Shown: piece after piece, positions 10,226 through 19,486 of the stretch
How positions within the stretch are numbered: the stretch's first letter is position 1
Layout: every line of letters begins with the position of its first letter
DNA from: Nitrososphaerota archaeon
Lineage (GTDB): Archaea; Thermoproteota; Nitrososphaeria; Nitrososphaerales; Nitrosopumilaceae
Direction: 5' to 3'
Assembly (NCBI GenBank): GCA_021323705.1
Contig: JAJPKL010000041.1
Location: forward strand, 264 to 64,263
Length of the DNA: 64,000 nucleotides
Translations under genes and position numbers: made by a program
Notes under the pieces: generated by a model
The model's database searches: none
Told to the model about the DNA's origin: nothing
The model's input: the letters and a program-made list of their open reading frames with translations, nothing else

Positions 10226-10778
10226 TAAAAGTGCTTATCTTTCCAGTTTTGATTATATCAGCAACTTTTTTCTTGAATCCGTCAATTTCAATATCGTGAT
10301 ATATACCGGTAGAAGTTGCAAGTTTTTCCATTGCACGGTTCATTATAGATAGGCAGATCTCGTCTTCGTCTTTTTGATAGTGAACAAGTGCCGCTGCAAC
10401 AAGAATTATTCCTTGTACAAGATCTTTTTCGCCTTCATAGGTTGCCTTCCATACACCTTCAAGAACTTCGTGACACTCCCAAAATCTTTCGTTGTTGAAA
10501 TAAAATACAGCGTCATCTAGTGCTTTTTCTTTTTCTATCTTTTCCTCAACCAGATGCCTTGCATGATCAAGATCTCCAAGCGGAGCTAGTTTTTCAATCA
10601 AGACGTTGAGATCTTCTTTTGCAACTGACACATCAAACTCCAAATATTTTTTTGACACTCGTGTATCCCTGATAAGAGAATCAAGCCCCTCAGTCAAGTC
10701 ATCTGCCCTTTTCAACAGCACAGGAGCATCGCGTGGCAGATATCCAGAATTCTTTAAGTGAAGCATGAATCGGTCCAC
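10218..10778 (-). CDS. DUF309 domain protein
   Basis: FNNERFWECHEVLEGVW...QGIILVAAALVH. Confidence 0.85.
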   Translation of the reverse strand: MDRFMLHLKNSGYLPRDAPVLLKRADDLTEGLDSLIRDTRVSKKYLEFDVSVAKEDLNVLIEKLAPLGDLDHARHLVEEKIEKEKALDDAVFYFNNERFWECHEVLEGVWKATYEGEKDLVQGIILVAAALVHYQKDEDEICLSIMNRAMEKLATSTGIYHDIEIDGFKKKVADIIKTGKISTFTI

Positions 10779-10861
10779 GTTGTACCGATGATGTAATTTC
10801 TTAAAATGTTAGCTGTTGAGCCATTAAGATTTATATGAACTATTAAAAGGACTCACAATAC

Positions 10862-11221
10862 ATGTCCATGATTGAAGTAACACGAGATGTAAAGAATCCT
10901 CTACTCTCAAGAAGAGAGATTACGTGTACCTTCAAAGGACTTGCAGGAAAGCTCAAAAGACTAGAGGCTGTAGAGATGATTTCAAAACAATTCAATCTCG
11001 AAGGCAAGATTGTAATTACGATAAATCTCAAAAATGACACAGGCAGGCCATTACTTTCAGGCACTTTCTACGTCTACGATGACGAAAAACTGGCAAGGGA
11101 GCACCTCAAGGCAGCAGTTTTCAAGAGACTTGAGAAAGCAAAAGCTGCACTAGCAAAAGAAGTCGAGGCCGCACCAGCTGAGGCCAAGCCTGCTGAAGAA
11201 AAGAAGGAAGAGACAAAGTAA
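10862..11221 (+). CDS. rps24e: 30S ribosomal protein S24e
   Basis: NPLLSRREI motif; adjacent to S27ae. Confidence 0.85.
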   Translation: MSMIEVTRDVKNPLLSRREITCTFKGLAGKLKRLEAVEMISKQFNLEGKIVITINLKNDTGRPLLSGTFYVYDDEKLAREHLKAAVFKRLEKAKAALAKEVEAAPAEAKPAEEKKEETK

Positions 11222-11394
11222 TGGCAGGCAAGAAAGGATCAAGCCCTTCGGTTTACAAGTACTATAAGGTAAAGGGAGACAAGGCTGAAAAGGCCAAAAA
11301 AGAATGTTCCAGATGCGGCAAGGGAGTTTTCATGTCAGAGCACAAAGACAGACGAACTTGCGGCAAGTGTGGCTATACCGAATTTACAAAATAA
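11221..11394 (+). CDS. rps27ae: 30S ribosomal protein S27ae (57 aa; not in ORF track)
   Basis: Manual translation MAGKKGSSPSVYKYYKV...CSRCGKGVFMSEHKDRRTCGKCGYTEFTK; ATG overlaps the S24e stop. Confidence 0.95.
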   Translation: MAGKKGSSPSVYKYYKVKGDKAEKAKKECSRCGKGVFMSEHKDRRTCGKCGYTEFTK

Positions 11395-12099
11395 TCAGTA
11401 CAGTTTTCTTTTTCGCAGCTTCGAGGCTCTCTGTTCTATCTGTTCCAATTTATGCATCAGAGACTGGTCCAACTTTGTCTTGGCAAGAACATCTGCCGGA
11501 ATCTTGACAACATTGCTGTCAAGTGCCATATTTATTGTGGGCAGTTTTTTCTGGATCCAGTTTTTCAGCACCTTGTCTTCTAGTTTATAGTCCCTAAACC
11601 CTTCTGGAAACTTCTTTGTGATATGCAGGAGCAGGGTCTTGTCGTCAAATACAGCCCTTGGCTCAAAGAGTTTTGTTGTATCAGCATACATGCTTTCAAA
11701 GAGATTGCCTGAGAGTTCGTCTGAGACCATCTCCATCTTGGACATCCGTTTTATCAATTCCAGATAATGCAAAAATTCGTGCGCCAGTATGGCATGTATT
11801 GTACCCTTTAGTCCATAGGCAACAAGAGGTGCAGTTATCTGGATTATTATCTCCACCTTCTCATTTGCGATTACAGGTATAGTCCTTGCAAAGAATATGC
11901 CGTAATCAAATGAGCTGGCAGGCTGGGATATGACAACTGACGGTTCTATGTATGCAAGTGGAAAGTTTATTCCCGAAGCTTTTTCTATTCTGCCTATTCC
12001 TTCAAGCACTATTCCAAACCTTTTGACTATTAGCGAGTGAATCTTGTCAGACAAAATGCCGTTTTTGTGAGCCTCGTTTACCTTTAACAGTGGATCCAA
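11395..12099 (-). CDS. Hypothetical protein with HEXXH zincin-like motif
   Basis: 234-aa ORF containing HAILAHEFLHYLE. Confidence 0.75.
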   Translation of the reverse strand: MDPLLKVNEAHKNGILSDKIHSLIVKRFGIVLEGIGRIEKASGINFPLAYIEPSVVISQPASSFDYGIFFARTIPVIANEKVEIIIQITAPLVAYGLKGTIHAILAHEFLHYLELIKRMSKMEMVSDELSGNLFESMYADTTKLFEPRAVFDDKTLLLHITKKFPEGFRDYKLEDKVLKNWIQKKLPTINMALDSNVVKIPADVLAKTKLDQSLMHKLEQIEQRASKLRKRKLY

Positions 12100-12206
12100 T
12101 CAAAAAATCTTGAATCCGACTATAATAAAACCTTGATATCATTCTCTCAGATTTCTCTAGCGCAACCCAAAAACTTGTGTGTCCTTTACGAACAAAATTT
12201 TCCTTC

Positions 12207-12359
12207 TCAGCCTTTCTTTTTGTATGAATCTAACAATTTTTCAAGAAATATGCTGTTGTCAAGCTCTGGGTTTGCTTTCTTTGCATCATGTACTGCCTTT
12301 AGAAATCTCGCAAAAGTCTGCTCTTTTACGGTAATTGTCTTGTATTCTTTTCGTGGCAA
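12207..12359 (-). CDS. Small ribbon-helix-helix-like protein (50 aa; not in ORF track)
   Basis: TTG start; MPRKEYKTITVKEQTFARFLKAVHDAKKANPELDNSIFLEKLLDSYKKKG; beta-strand KTITV then two helices; AT-rich box upstream. Confidence 0.65.
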   Translation of the reverse strand: MPRKEYKTITVKEQTFARFLKAVHDAKKANPELDNSIFLEKLLDSYKKKG

Positions 12360-12470
12360 TAGCAGTACTGGATAGTATCCTTTTGATAAATTCTTCGTAG
12401 AATTTTTACAGAAATTTCTTGTAGTATTTTCACTTCAATGGGAATTAGAGCAAAAATGGGTGCGGTACGC

Positions 12471-12731
12471 CTAGTGACCTTTTCTTCTCAGATATTCAAT
12501 ATCAATAGTCATCTTGATTATTGCAGATTCCATCTTGGAAAATTCTTTCAATATTTTGTCATTTGTGTCTGTCTTTCCCAGGTTGCATCTTATCTTCATC
12601 ATTATTTTTGTCATCTCAAAGAGCGTCGGCACCAAGTCGGTGACTGAGCTGCCGCTTTTTTTCACCACAAGCCTGCTGTTCCTTCCCATCGAGCAGTCTA
12701 CAGGCAGTGCAAATTCATTTTCAAGCAGCAT
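12471..12731 (-). CDS. Hypothetical protein (86 aa)
   Basis: ATG-started ORF with helical C-terminus in gap between genes. Confidence 0.55.
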   Translation of the reverse strand: MLLENEFALPVDCSMGRNSRLVVKKSGSSVTDLVPTLFEMTKIMMKIRCNLGKTDTNDKILKEFSKMESAIIKMTIDIEYLRRKGH

Positions 12732-12822
12732 TTCTCATTTGAGAAACATAGAATCCGTATAAAACAATTTGTACCGTAACAATGAAATGGTAATTCACAA
12801 GAGTATTTCCCATTTTTGGAAA

Positions 12823-13287
12823 TCATTTTTTGCTATTTAGTTCATCCAAGAATTCCCGTATAGAAGAATAATAAGCAAACTCGCCCAAGACCGTTTTTAT
12901 TGACTTGGCTACAACTTCGTGCACATTTTTATCAAAATTTCGTTCAAGAATTTTTTTCAGATACTGCGGGTTCTCAAGGCAATCAAATACATTGGCGTTG
13001 TAATCTTCCTTTAGCTTTGTAGTCACTTTATCAAATATTGAATGACCCATGTTAAGCAGTGTGCTTTCTATTGCAAGACCTACAAGTATTCGTTTTGGCT
13101 TTTTGTCTAAGCTGTTAGATAGAGGAGCGCTTTCCATTTCTTCCGTTTTGACATTTTTTCTGTGCTGTTTTCCAGTCATTAGCTCAAGATATTGAAAGTT
13201 GCAAGACGGGTTTGAGCAGTGGTAATTTCCTGAACCGAGATCAAATTCAATGAGTGCTTTTTTACAATCTGGGCAATTTACCATCAT
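12823..13287 (-). CDS. Zn-ribbon + DUF3227/NitrOD5-like domain protein (ORF track start 13386; likely start 13287)
   Basis: CPDC...CSNPSC N-terminus; C-terminal domain homologous to 7085..7351. Confidence 0.72.
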   Translation of the reverse strand: MMVNCPDCKKALIEFDLGSGNYHCSNPSCNFQYLELMTGKQHRKNVKTEEMESAPLSNSLDKKPKRILVGLAIESTLLNMGHSIFDKVTTKLKEDYNANVFDCLENPQYLKKILERNFDKNVHEVVAKSIKTVLGEFAYYSSIREFLDELNSKK

Positions 13288-13351
13288 GAAATCAAGTACC
13301 GTACCTTTTTTCAAATATTTATTTGTGTATGATAGTGTCTGGATAGATCTG

Positions 13352-13741
13352 CTAGGAAAAGTGCTTTTGTATGTTTTCAACCTCAATTTTTATCCATTCA
13401 CAAAAGATCTTCCATGTAGAGTCGTCGGTGGTGGCCCACTTGAAAAATGTGAACATTATACCAGTAGAGTCCTTTGAAAACGGTATAACTCTCAAGTATG
13501 CCGGCGTTAGCTGCTGTTCTGTTGCTCCGGCATAGATATCAATCAAGCCTGATTTTGGGTCAGCTTCAAGTTTTACAAAAACTTCCCCCAGCGGAGTTGA
13601 TGCCTTGTACTTTCCATTTACAATCATTAGCTTTTTTACAAATTGTGTGCTCCACTTTGGCAGGTTTTCTATATCAGACAGGAACTGAAATACCACATCT
13701 TTTGGCACTGATACGACGCAGGTTTCTGTGACAGATTCCAT
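13352..13741 (-). CDS. SRPBCC/polyketide cyclase-like family protein
   Basis: VFQFLSDIENLPKW motif. Confidence 0.75.
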   Translation of the reverse strand: MESVTETCVVSVPKDVVFQFLSDIENLPKWSTQFVKKLMIVNGKYKASTPLGEVFVKLEADPKSGLIDIYAGATEQQLTPAYLRVIPFSKDSTGIMFTFFKWATTDDSTWKIFCEWIKIEVENIQKHFS

Positions 13742-13811
13742 ATTGCCACTTTTCGTGAGATTTACTTTAACATTGTTTTTTGTCTGTTATTTTTAAAAAA
13801 TGCGACTGGGC

Positions 13812-14765
13812 TTAATCAAGACATATCGGATTGTTAAGACAGAGACGTATTGTGTTGACAAGGTTTGCGTTGTCCAGCTTTACTCCTGACATGTCTGCGT
13901 TTTTCAGGTCAGAGCCTGTCAGGTCTGCATTACTCATGTCTGCTCCCGACAGATCAGCTCCTTCAAGTTTTGCCTGACCAAGCTTGGCCCACGTCATCTT
14001 AGAGTTTACAAAACTAGTGCTTGTTAGGGTGGAACCAGTCAAGTCTGCAAAAGATAAGTTCACATCAGGAAGATCAGAGTAGGACAGATTTGCACCTGAA
14101 AGGTTTGAATTAAAGAAATTTGCGCCTGCAAGTTCGGAGTTTGAGATGTCAGCTCCTTTTAGGTTAGCACCAAAAAAGTTAGTACCGTAAAACCTGCCAT
14201 AGGTCAATTTTGCTCCAGAGATATCCGCCCTGCTTAGGTCTGCACCTGAAAGGTCTGAATCGCTAAGGTTTGTGCCGTGAAGTTTTACGTCTACTAGACT
14301 TTCAAAAGCTAGATTTGCACCTGAAAGGTTTGCACCGTCAAGATTTGCACCAGACAGGTCGGCACCACTAAGATTAGACTTGGAAAGATTCACTCCTTTG
14401 AGCACTGTGTCTGAGAGATCTGCTCCGCTTAGGTTTACGTTAGATAGATCCCTGCCGGAGAAATCACATTCGCTCCAATTTATTCCTGCGGTAGCAGCAC
14501 TCATGCAGTTTAGGTTAGTGCTACTAGAAGATTGTGTTGGATAATTCTGCGAGGTTGTCAGTACCAACATTCCGTTGTTCACAAGTTGCTGCAGTACTGC
14601 CAGAAAATCATTATCACTAATCTGGCCGTTCACCCATGACTTGGCATTTTTCTTTACTGCATCAGGAATGACGACGTTTCCGTTAGATGTGGCAAAGCTT
14701 GACTGGGTAAAAAGCAATACTAGCACCAATACGGCCAGAATAGAGAATTTTATTGTTTTTTTCAT
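13812..14765 (-). CDS. Secreted pentapeptide-repeat protein with thaumarchaeal IPxxVK..W..GQISD.DF module (likely start 14765)
   Basis: Signal peptide MKKTIKFSILAVLVLVLL; about 40 A(D/N)LxX repeats. Confidence 0.9.
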   Translation of the reverse strand: MKKTIKFSILAVLVLVLLFTQSSFATSNGNVVIPDAVKKNAKSWVNGQISDNDFLAVLQQLVNNGMLVLTTSQNYPTQSSSSTNLNCMSAATAGINWSECDFSGRDLSNVNLSGADLSDTVLKGVNLSKSNLSGADLSGANLDGANLSGANLAFESLVDVKLHGTNLSDSDLSGADLSRADISGAKLTYGRFYGTNFFGANLKGADISNSELAGANFFNSNLSGANLSYSDLPDVNLSFADLTGSTLTSTSFVNSKMTWAKLGQAKLEGADLSGADMSNADLTGSDLKNADMSGVKLDNANLVNTIRLCLNNPICLD

Positions 14766-14819
14766 TGGCTTGCTCCACCTAAACTTGGGGTATGCATCTG
14801 TTTTCCAACACTCCCCCAC

Positions 14820-17498
14820 TTAATCCCTACCATGTCCATGCTGCTTTCCACGGTCTTCTTTACCTTCCTTTCCGTGATTGTTTTGCTGCTGTACTTGTTG
14901 TTGTACCTGTTGTTGTAGTTGCTGTTGTTGCTGTGCTTGCTGCTGTATCTGTTGTTGCTGCTGCACCTGCCGCTGTTGTTGTACCTGTTGTTGCAGTTGC
15001 TGTTGTTGCTGCACTTGCTGCTGTGCTTGCTGCTGTATCTGTTGTTGCTGCTGCACCTGCTGCTGTTGTTGTACTTGTTCTTCTTGGTGGCTTGACATAG
15101 TCTGTTCCTTCTGCTGTTTCAAATGTTCAAAGTTCTGTTCCCACTGATGTTCTAGCTGAGAATGTTTTACATGGCCATGTTCTGATTGTTGCCATTGCTG
15201 CATTGATTGTTTCTGGTCCTGCTGTTGGTATGACGATTGCTGCTGTTGTGTTTGTTGTGCTTGTTCTTGAAGAGATATTTGTTGTTCCTGTTGCTGCTGA
15301 ATGGAGGCTTGTTCTTGTTGCTGACCTAAAGAAGAATCTCCAGTGTGAGGATTATGCGATTTTCCATCCCCGTGCCCCCACATCTGCCATTCATGCTGCA
15401 ATATCTGAGAATTCAGATCGTTTAGAGAATTATCCTTTGTTAATCCTGAATTGTCATCTGATGATGACTTGGCATGCCTGTGGTGTCTGTGCCAGAAGTG
15501 ATGCTGTGTTGGTCCATCCTGTTGTGCTGTCGGAGGATCTTCCTCTGTGGACGTAGGGTCTTGTTGTGTGGTTGACGGATCTTGTGTAGGAGGATCTTGT
15601 GAGGCAGGCGGTTGTGTACTTGAGGAGTTTTGTTGCAGGGATGTTGGGGGTGCAGTTGTTGAGTTTTGTGGCGGTGCGGTAGAGTTTTGCTGTATTGGCA
15701 TAGTTGAATTGACTAGCTGAATTATAGAGCCTGATGCACCGGGGGCAAAGTTATCATCTCCAGAATATGTTGCCATTATTGTATACGAACCTTCAGAAGG
15801 CGATATGTTAATTGAGACGGAATTTCCAATGAGTGTTTCGGTTCCTATATCCATTCCATCTTCATAGAACGTTACATTTCCAGTTGGAATTCCAGAACTT
15901 GGATACTGTGCATTTATTGCATCAGTGAACACTATTTGCTGGCCTTGGATAGATGGGTTTTCAGATGATGATAATGTTGATGTCACTCTAGCTTGGTTTA
16001 CTGTAAGAGTCAGAATACCAGTACTTGCAAAAGAGTTCTGGTCTCCAGAATACACTGCAGTTATGACGTGCAACCCCACCGAAAGAGAAGGTGTGCTCCA
16101 TCCTGCCTTCCCTCCAGATAATAATACGGGCGCTCCCATGTCATTTCCATCAACCTGGAATTGGACCGTGCCGTTTGATGTAGAAGGCGATACTACTGCA
16201 GTAAACACCACGTATTGTCCCCATACAGACGGATTTGCAGACGCGACCAATGCTGTACTGGTATTTGCTTTTGAGGTAAGGCTTGACTGTCCCGAACCCT
16301 TTGTGTGTACAAGGTCGCCGCTATAGTTTGCGCTGATTTGTATCGTTTTTGGCAAAGCTGGCGTACTGTATGTAGTACTACACGCAAGAGTGCCATTATT
16401 TTGTGGAGAACAGGATACGGCTCCAAAAGTGCCCCCAGCGTTAGAATCACCAAATGTTACAGTTCCTGATGGCATTGTCTTAGAACCAGAGTCTGAGAGC
16501 ATCGCAGTAAATGTCACGGTGGATCTTGGAGATGCCGAGGCCGGGTTTGGGTGCAGGTTTACCAGAGTCGGGCAAAGGGGAGCAGGAGAGTTTCCTTGCA
16601 ATGTGACAGTACTTGTAAAGGATGACCCGCAGTTGTCATTAACGGTTCCTGCATTTTTGAAAATATTTTTGTTATAAATTGCACCAAAGTTTGATATGGT
16701 GTAGATGTTTGTGATATTTCCTGAATTTGTCACATTTACGCCAGACCCCACCTCAAGCGTAGTACCACCCCCTATGAACAGGGCGCCACTTGGGTTGATG
16801 ACCATATTTGATACAAGTGTAACTGTGCCTGTGTTGTCAAGCTCGGTATAGTTTGAGATCTCAGGCGATAGCGACAGGAGGCCGGGGTTTGTAAATGCGC
16901 CCTTGTTGTCAAATGTTCCGCTTTCCATTTCTATGATTCCTTGATTGTCAAGGGTTCCCTCTTTTTGGTTCAATACAAGTCCGTTGTTATCAAGAAAATT
17001 GTCTATCTTGAAGCTGCCCGCATTTGTTATGATCCCAGACTCTTCGTTTGAGACTGCGCCAGAGGTACCAGTAGATAAAAGATCTTTTTTGTTGTCAACT
17101 ATGCCAAAATTAGTAAGAGTTCCTCCTTGGCCATTTTCCGTGCTGGCTCCAACTATGATAAATCTTCCAATGTTAGTTAGATTTCCCATGTTGATTATTG
17201 GAGCAGAGTCGTTTACATCTGCCATGTTTACAAGTGAAACATTTGATCCAATGGTGACTGAATCAGTTTGGTTAAGCAAGACGTTTGAATTGAGTGTACA
17301 TGTTGAGCTGCCGTTTGCATAGCTCCAAACACCATGCAGGGCAGTACATGTTGTCTTGCCTGTCGAATCATCAGATATTATAAAGTCAGTGGCCGCAGCA
17401 TCATGTGTTGCATAGATGACAAATAGCGATAAGATGCCCAAAAATGAAAAGAACAGGCTCCTGTTCAGACTCACAACGCCTCCACAAGTACGGTACAT
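14820..17498 (-). CDS. Large secreted protein: Asn/Gly-rich beta-repeat region, about 3 bacterial Ig-like domains, P/T/Q linker, His-rich segment, polyQ tail
   Basis: Hydrophobic signal; repeated NxG turns; three 'ST.L..S.NPS..GQ.V.FTA.V...GTV.F...A.YSGD' Ig repeats; Q-rich C-terminus. Confidence 0.85.
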   Translation of the reverse strand: MYRTCGGVVSLNRSLFFSFLGILSLFVIYATHDAAATDFIISDDSTGKTTCTALHGVWSYANGSSTCTLNSNVLLNQTDSVTIGSNVSLVNMADVNDSAPIINMGNLTNIGRFIIVGASTENGQGGTLTNFGIVDNKKDLLSTGTSGAVSNEESGIITNAGSFKIDNFLDNNGLVLNQKEGTLDNQGIIEMESGTFDNKGAFTNPGLLSLSPEISNYTELDNTGTVTLVSNMVINPSGALFIGGGTTLEVGSGVNVTNSGNITNIYTISNFGAIYNKNIFKNAGTVNDNCGSSFTSTVTLQGNSPAPLCPTLVNLHPNPASASPRSTVTFTAMLSDSGSKTMPSGTVTFGDSNAGGTFGAVSCSPQNNGTLACSTTYSTPALPKTIQISANYSGDLVHTKGSGQSSLTSKANTSTALVASANPSVWGQYVVFTAVVSPSTSNGTVQFQVDGNDMGAPVLLSGGKAGWSTPSLSVGLHVITAVYSGDQNSFASTGILTLTVNQARVTSTLSSSENPSIQGQQIVFTDAINAQYPSSGIPTGNVTFYEDGMDIGTETLIGNSVSINISPSEGSYTIMATYSGDDNFAPGASGSIIQLVNSTMPIQQNSTAPPQNSTTAPPTSLQQNSSSTQPPASQDPPTQDPSTTQQDPTSTEEDPPTAQQDGPTQHHFWHRHHRHAKSSSDDNSGLTKDNSLNDLNSQILQHEWQMWGHGDGKSHNPHTGDSSLGQQQEQASIQQQQEQQISLQEQAQQTQQQQSSYQQQDQKQSMQQWQQSEHGHVKHSQLEHQWEQNFEHLKQQKEQTMSSHQEEQVQQQQQVQQQQQIQQQAQQQVQQQQQLQQQVQQQRQVQQQQQIQQQAQQQQQLQQQVQQQVQQQNNHGKEGKEDRGKQHGHGRD
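14881..15070. repeat. CAG/CAA-rich low-complexity tract with about 90-bp internal duplication
   Basis: 14931-14970 is identical to 15021-15060 (ctgtgcttgctgctgtatctgttgttgctgctgcacctgc). Confidence 0.9.
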
Positions 17499-17698
17499 AT
17501 AAAATAACCTGAGTGAGTTTTAGAGATCTGACTTGATTTGTGCTCTAAACTTTCCTGTAGTGATACGAATACTTTCAATTGTGACTCGGGTTCTTCGAAT
17601 AATGGTTTAAAAAAATTACGCATCTTTTTTCTGTAATAATTATACAGTGGCGCACGTTATAGTGGTATTAGATTCAATGATGACAGATCGTTAAAAAG

Positions 17699-18859
17699 TC
17701 ATCTAATTACAGTTATCTTGTGAAAATCAAACTTGGCGCACCTGCAGTTTGTTCCAAGTACACTGGATATGCTTGGCTCTACTTCTTGCCCTGCGACAAA
17801 TCTTTTCAGCGGCATTCCTCCATCAGATTCCATTTTCATCCTAAATGAATTTCCAGATATTTTCTTGATCCGTATGTTGTAGATGGATTTCTTGTTTTTG
17901 TGCGAATTTTCGTATAAAATTATTGGTTGTTCTTTGAGTTTTTGCAGTTCTTCAAGGAGTGCAGGTTCTATCTCATTTTCTGTCTCTACTTCCATCACTA
18001 CTACAGTGCGAAATCTTACAGGATCTGAAGGTATCTTATTGATGACCCGCAACCCAAGTATTGAGATTTTATCAAGGTCAATCTTTTTTCTGAAAAAAAT
18101 TTTCCTTTTGTGTGGATTGACAAGTTTTGCAAAAAATGGCCTTCCGTTTCCCACAACAAGGCTTGACTCATCCTCACCTCCTATCCATGTAATCCTTGCC
18201 TGTTGCGCACCAAACTTTTCAATCAAAAATCTTGCTATCTTTCCCTCTACGCTGTTAAACTCCCGCATTCCAGAAAAGTCACACACAAAACATCCTCTTC
18301 CCTCACATTGATCACATGGTTTTTGTTTTTGAGGTAGTCCTCTGATGTTTTTTGTGTATCTTGCCTGTAACAGTATGGCGCGCGGTTTTATCTCACAATA
18401 ATCCCTTTTGAAATCAATTGTAAACACCATGTCTGGGTTTTGATAGTCCACAACAGATTTGGTTTTTCTTGAAAACAATTTTCCCATCTCCCTTGTTATG
18501 TCGCTCTTTATGCTTACAATTCCTCGGAGTTTGAACTTGGAACGAATTATGTCATCTCGGTCATGAATAGACGGCTGCAGTACAGCTCCAATCAAAAAAG
18601 TAGAAAACTGATATTCCTTTGATGCCTCTAGTATTTTTTTTACATGTGTAGCAAGGTTTGACATCAAGTTTTTACAAATGTAACATGTTTTAGGTTGTTT
18701 TTGCTCTAGTTTGCTTCGAATCTTATGTCCAAGTCTCTTGTGCGATACCACTCCAAGCTTTCCTGCAAACATTCTGCCAAGGCAGTGATCACACAGTGGA
18801 TGTTCTTTTAAAATTCCTCTTGTGTGCTCCAAGACCACGGCTAGCTTTTTCTTGTCCAC
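17699..18859 (-). CDS. pus10: tRNA pseudouridine(54/55) synthase Pus10
   Basis: LCDHCLGR, CYIC, YTKNIRGLPQ, GGEDESSLVVGNGRPF, GGMPLKRFV. Confidence 0.88.
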   Translation of the reverse strand: MDKKKLAVVLEHTRGILKEHPLCDHCLGRMFAGKLGVVSHKRLGHKIRSKLEQKQPKTCYICKNLMSNLATHVKKILEASKEYQFSTFLIGAVLQPSIHDRDDIIRSKFKLRGIVSIKSDITREMGKLFSRKTKSVVDYQNPDMVFTIDFKRDYCEIKPRAILLQARYTKNIRGLPQKQKPCDQCEGRGCFVCDFSGMREFNSVEGKIARFLIEKFGAQQARITWIGGEDESSLVVGNGRPFFAKLVNPHKRKIFFRKKIDLDKISILGLRVINKIPSDPVRFRTVVVMEVETENEIEPALLEELQKLKEQPIILYENSHKNKKSIYNIRIKKISGNSFRMKMESDGGMPLKRFVAGQEVEPSISSVLGTNCRCAKFDFHKITVIR

Positions 18860-18925
18860 CGAGATATCGTAAATGCAGGCAGGTATTATTCCTAATCAGG
18901 AAATGCGGTATACATCCATCCTATT

Positions 18926-19309
18926 CTATCTTGACCTCATAACCTTGCCAAAAACCAATCCCACGTTTGAGCGGTCAAATGGCTTTACAACATAGTCTCT
19001 GGCGCCAAGCTTCATTGCATCCTGAACGATGTATTTCTGCTCTACTGCAGTAACCATGATTACCTTGGCCTTGGGATCAATCTTCATTATCTCCCTTAAA
19101 GCCTGAACACCGTCCATTTTTGGCATGTTGACATCCATTGTTACAATATCAGGTTTGAATTTCTTGTACGAGTCAACTGCCATCATGCCGTCTCCTGCCT
19201 CGTACACCTCAGATGCTATTCCTTGGTTGATCAAGATGTCTTTCAGTACTGTTCTCAGAAAGGAGGCGTCATCGACCACAAGTATTCTGGGCTTTTGAGC
19301 AGTTGACAT
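18926..19309 (-). CDS. Stand-alone CheY-like response regulator
   Basis: VVDD, MDVNMP (phospho-Asp), VTA, VKPF. Confidence 0.93.
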   Translation of the reverse strand: MSTAQKPRILVVDDASFLRTVLKDILINQGIASEVYEAGDGMMAVDSYKKFKPDIVTMDVNMPKMDGVQALREIMKIDPKAKVIMVTAVEQKYIVQDAMKLGARDYVVKPFDRSNVGLVFGKVMRSR

Positions 19310-19486
19310 TTGGCATCAACGCCCTCATACCAAGAAATGCCCATGAGGCAGATCTGGAAGACAATGATTTTTAGAAAATCCGGTGTTTTTATTTTGGATT
19401 TTTCTTAATGAAACTCTATACATTTTCTGTAGTGACGCATCAGATATTGATATCTCCAAGTGTGTACGGGACGAACAAACATCTTG

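Noticed and set aside
14792-15556. Plus-strand ORFs rich in Cys (MFCCCTCCC...) or Val/Ala that look like metallothionein or membrane proteins
   Set aside because: Antisense shadows of the CAG/CAA polyQ tract of 14820..17498.
18926-19309. Chemotaxis operon
   Set aside because: Only a CheY-like receiver; no cheA/W/B/R or MCP genes in the window.
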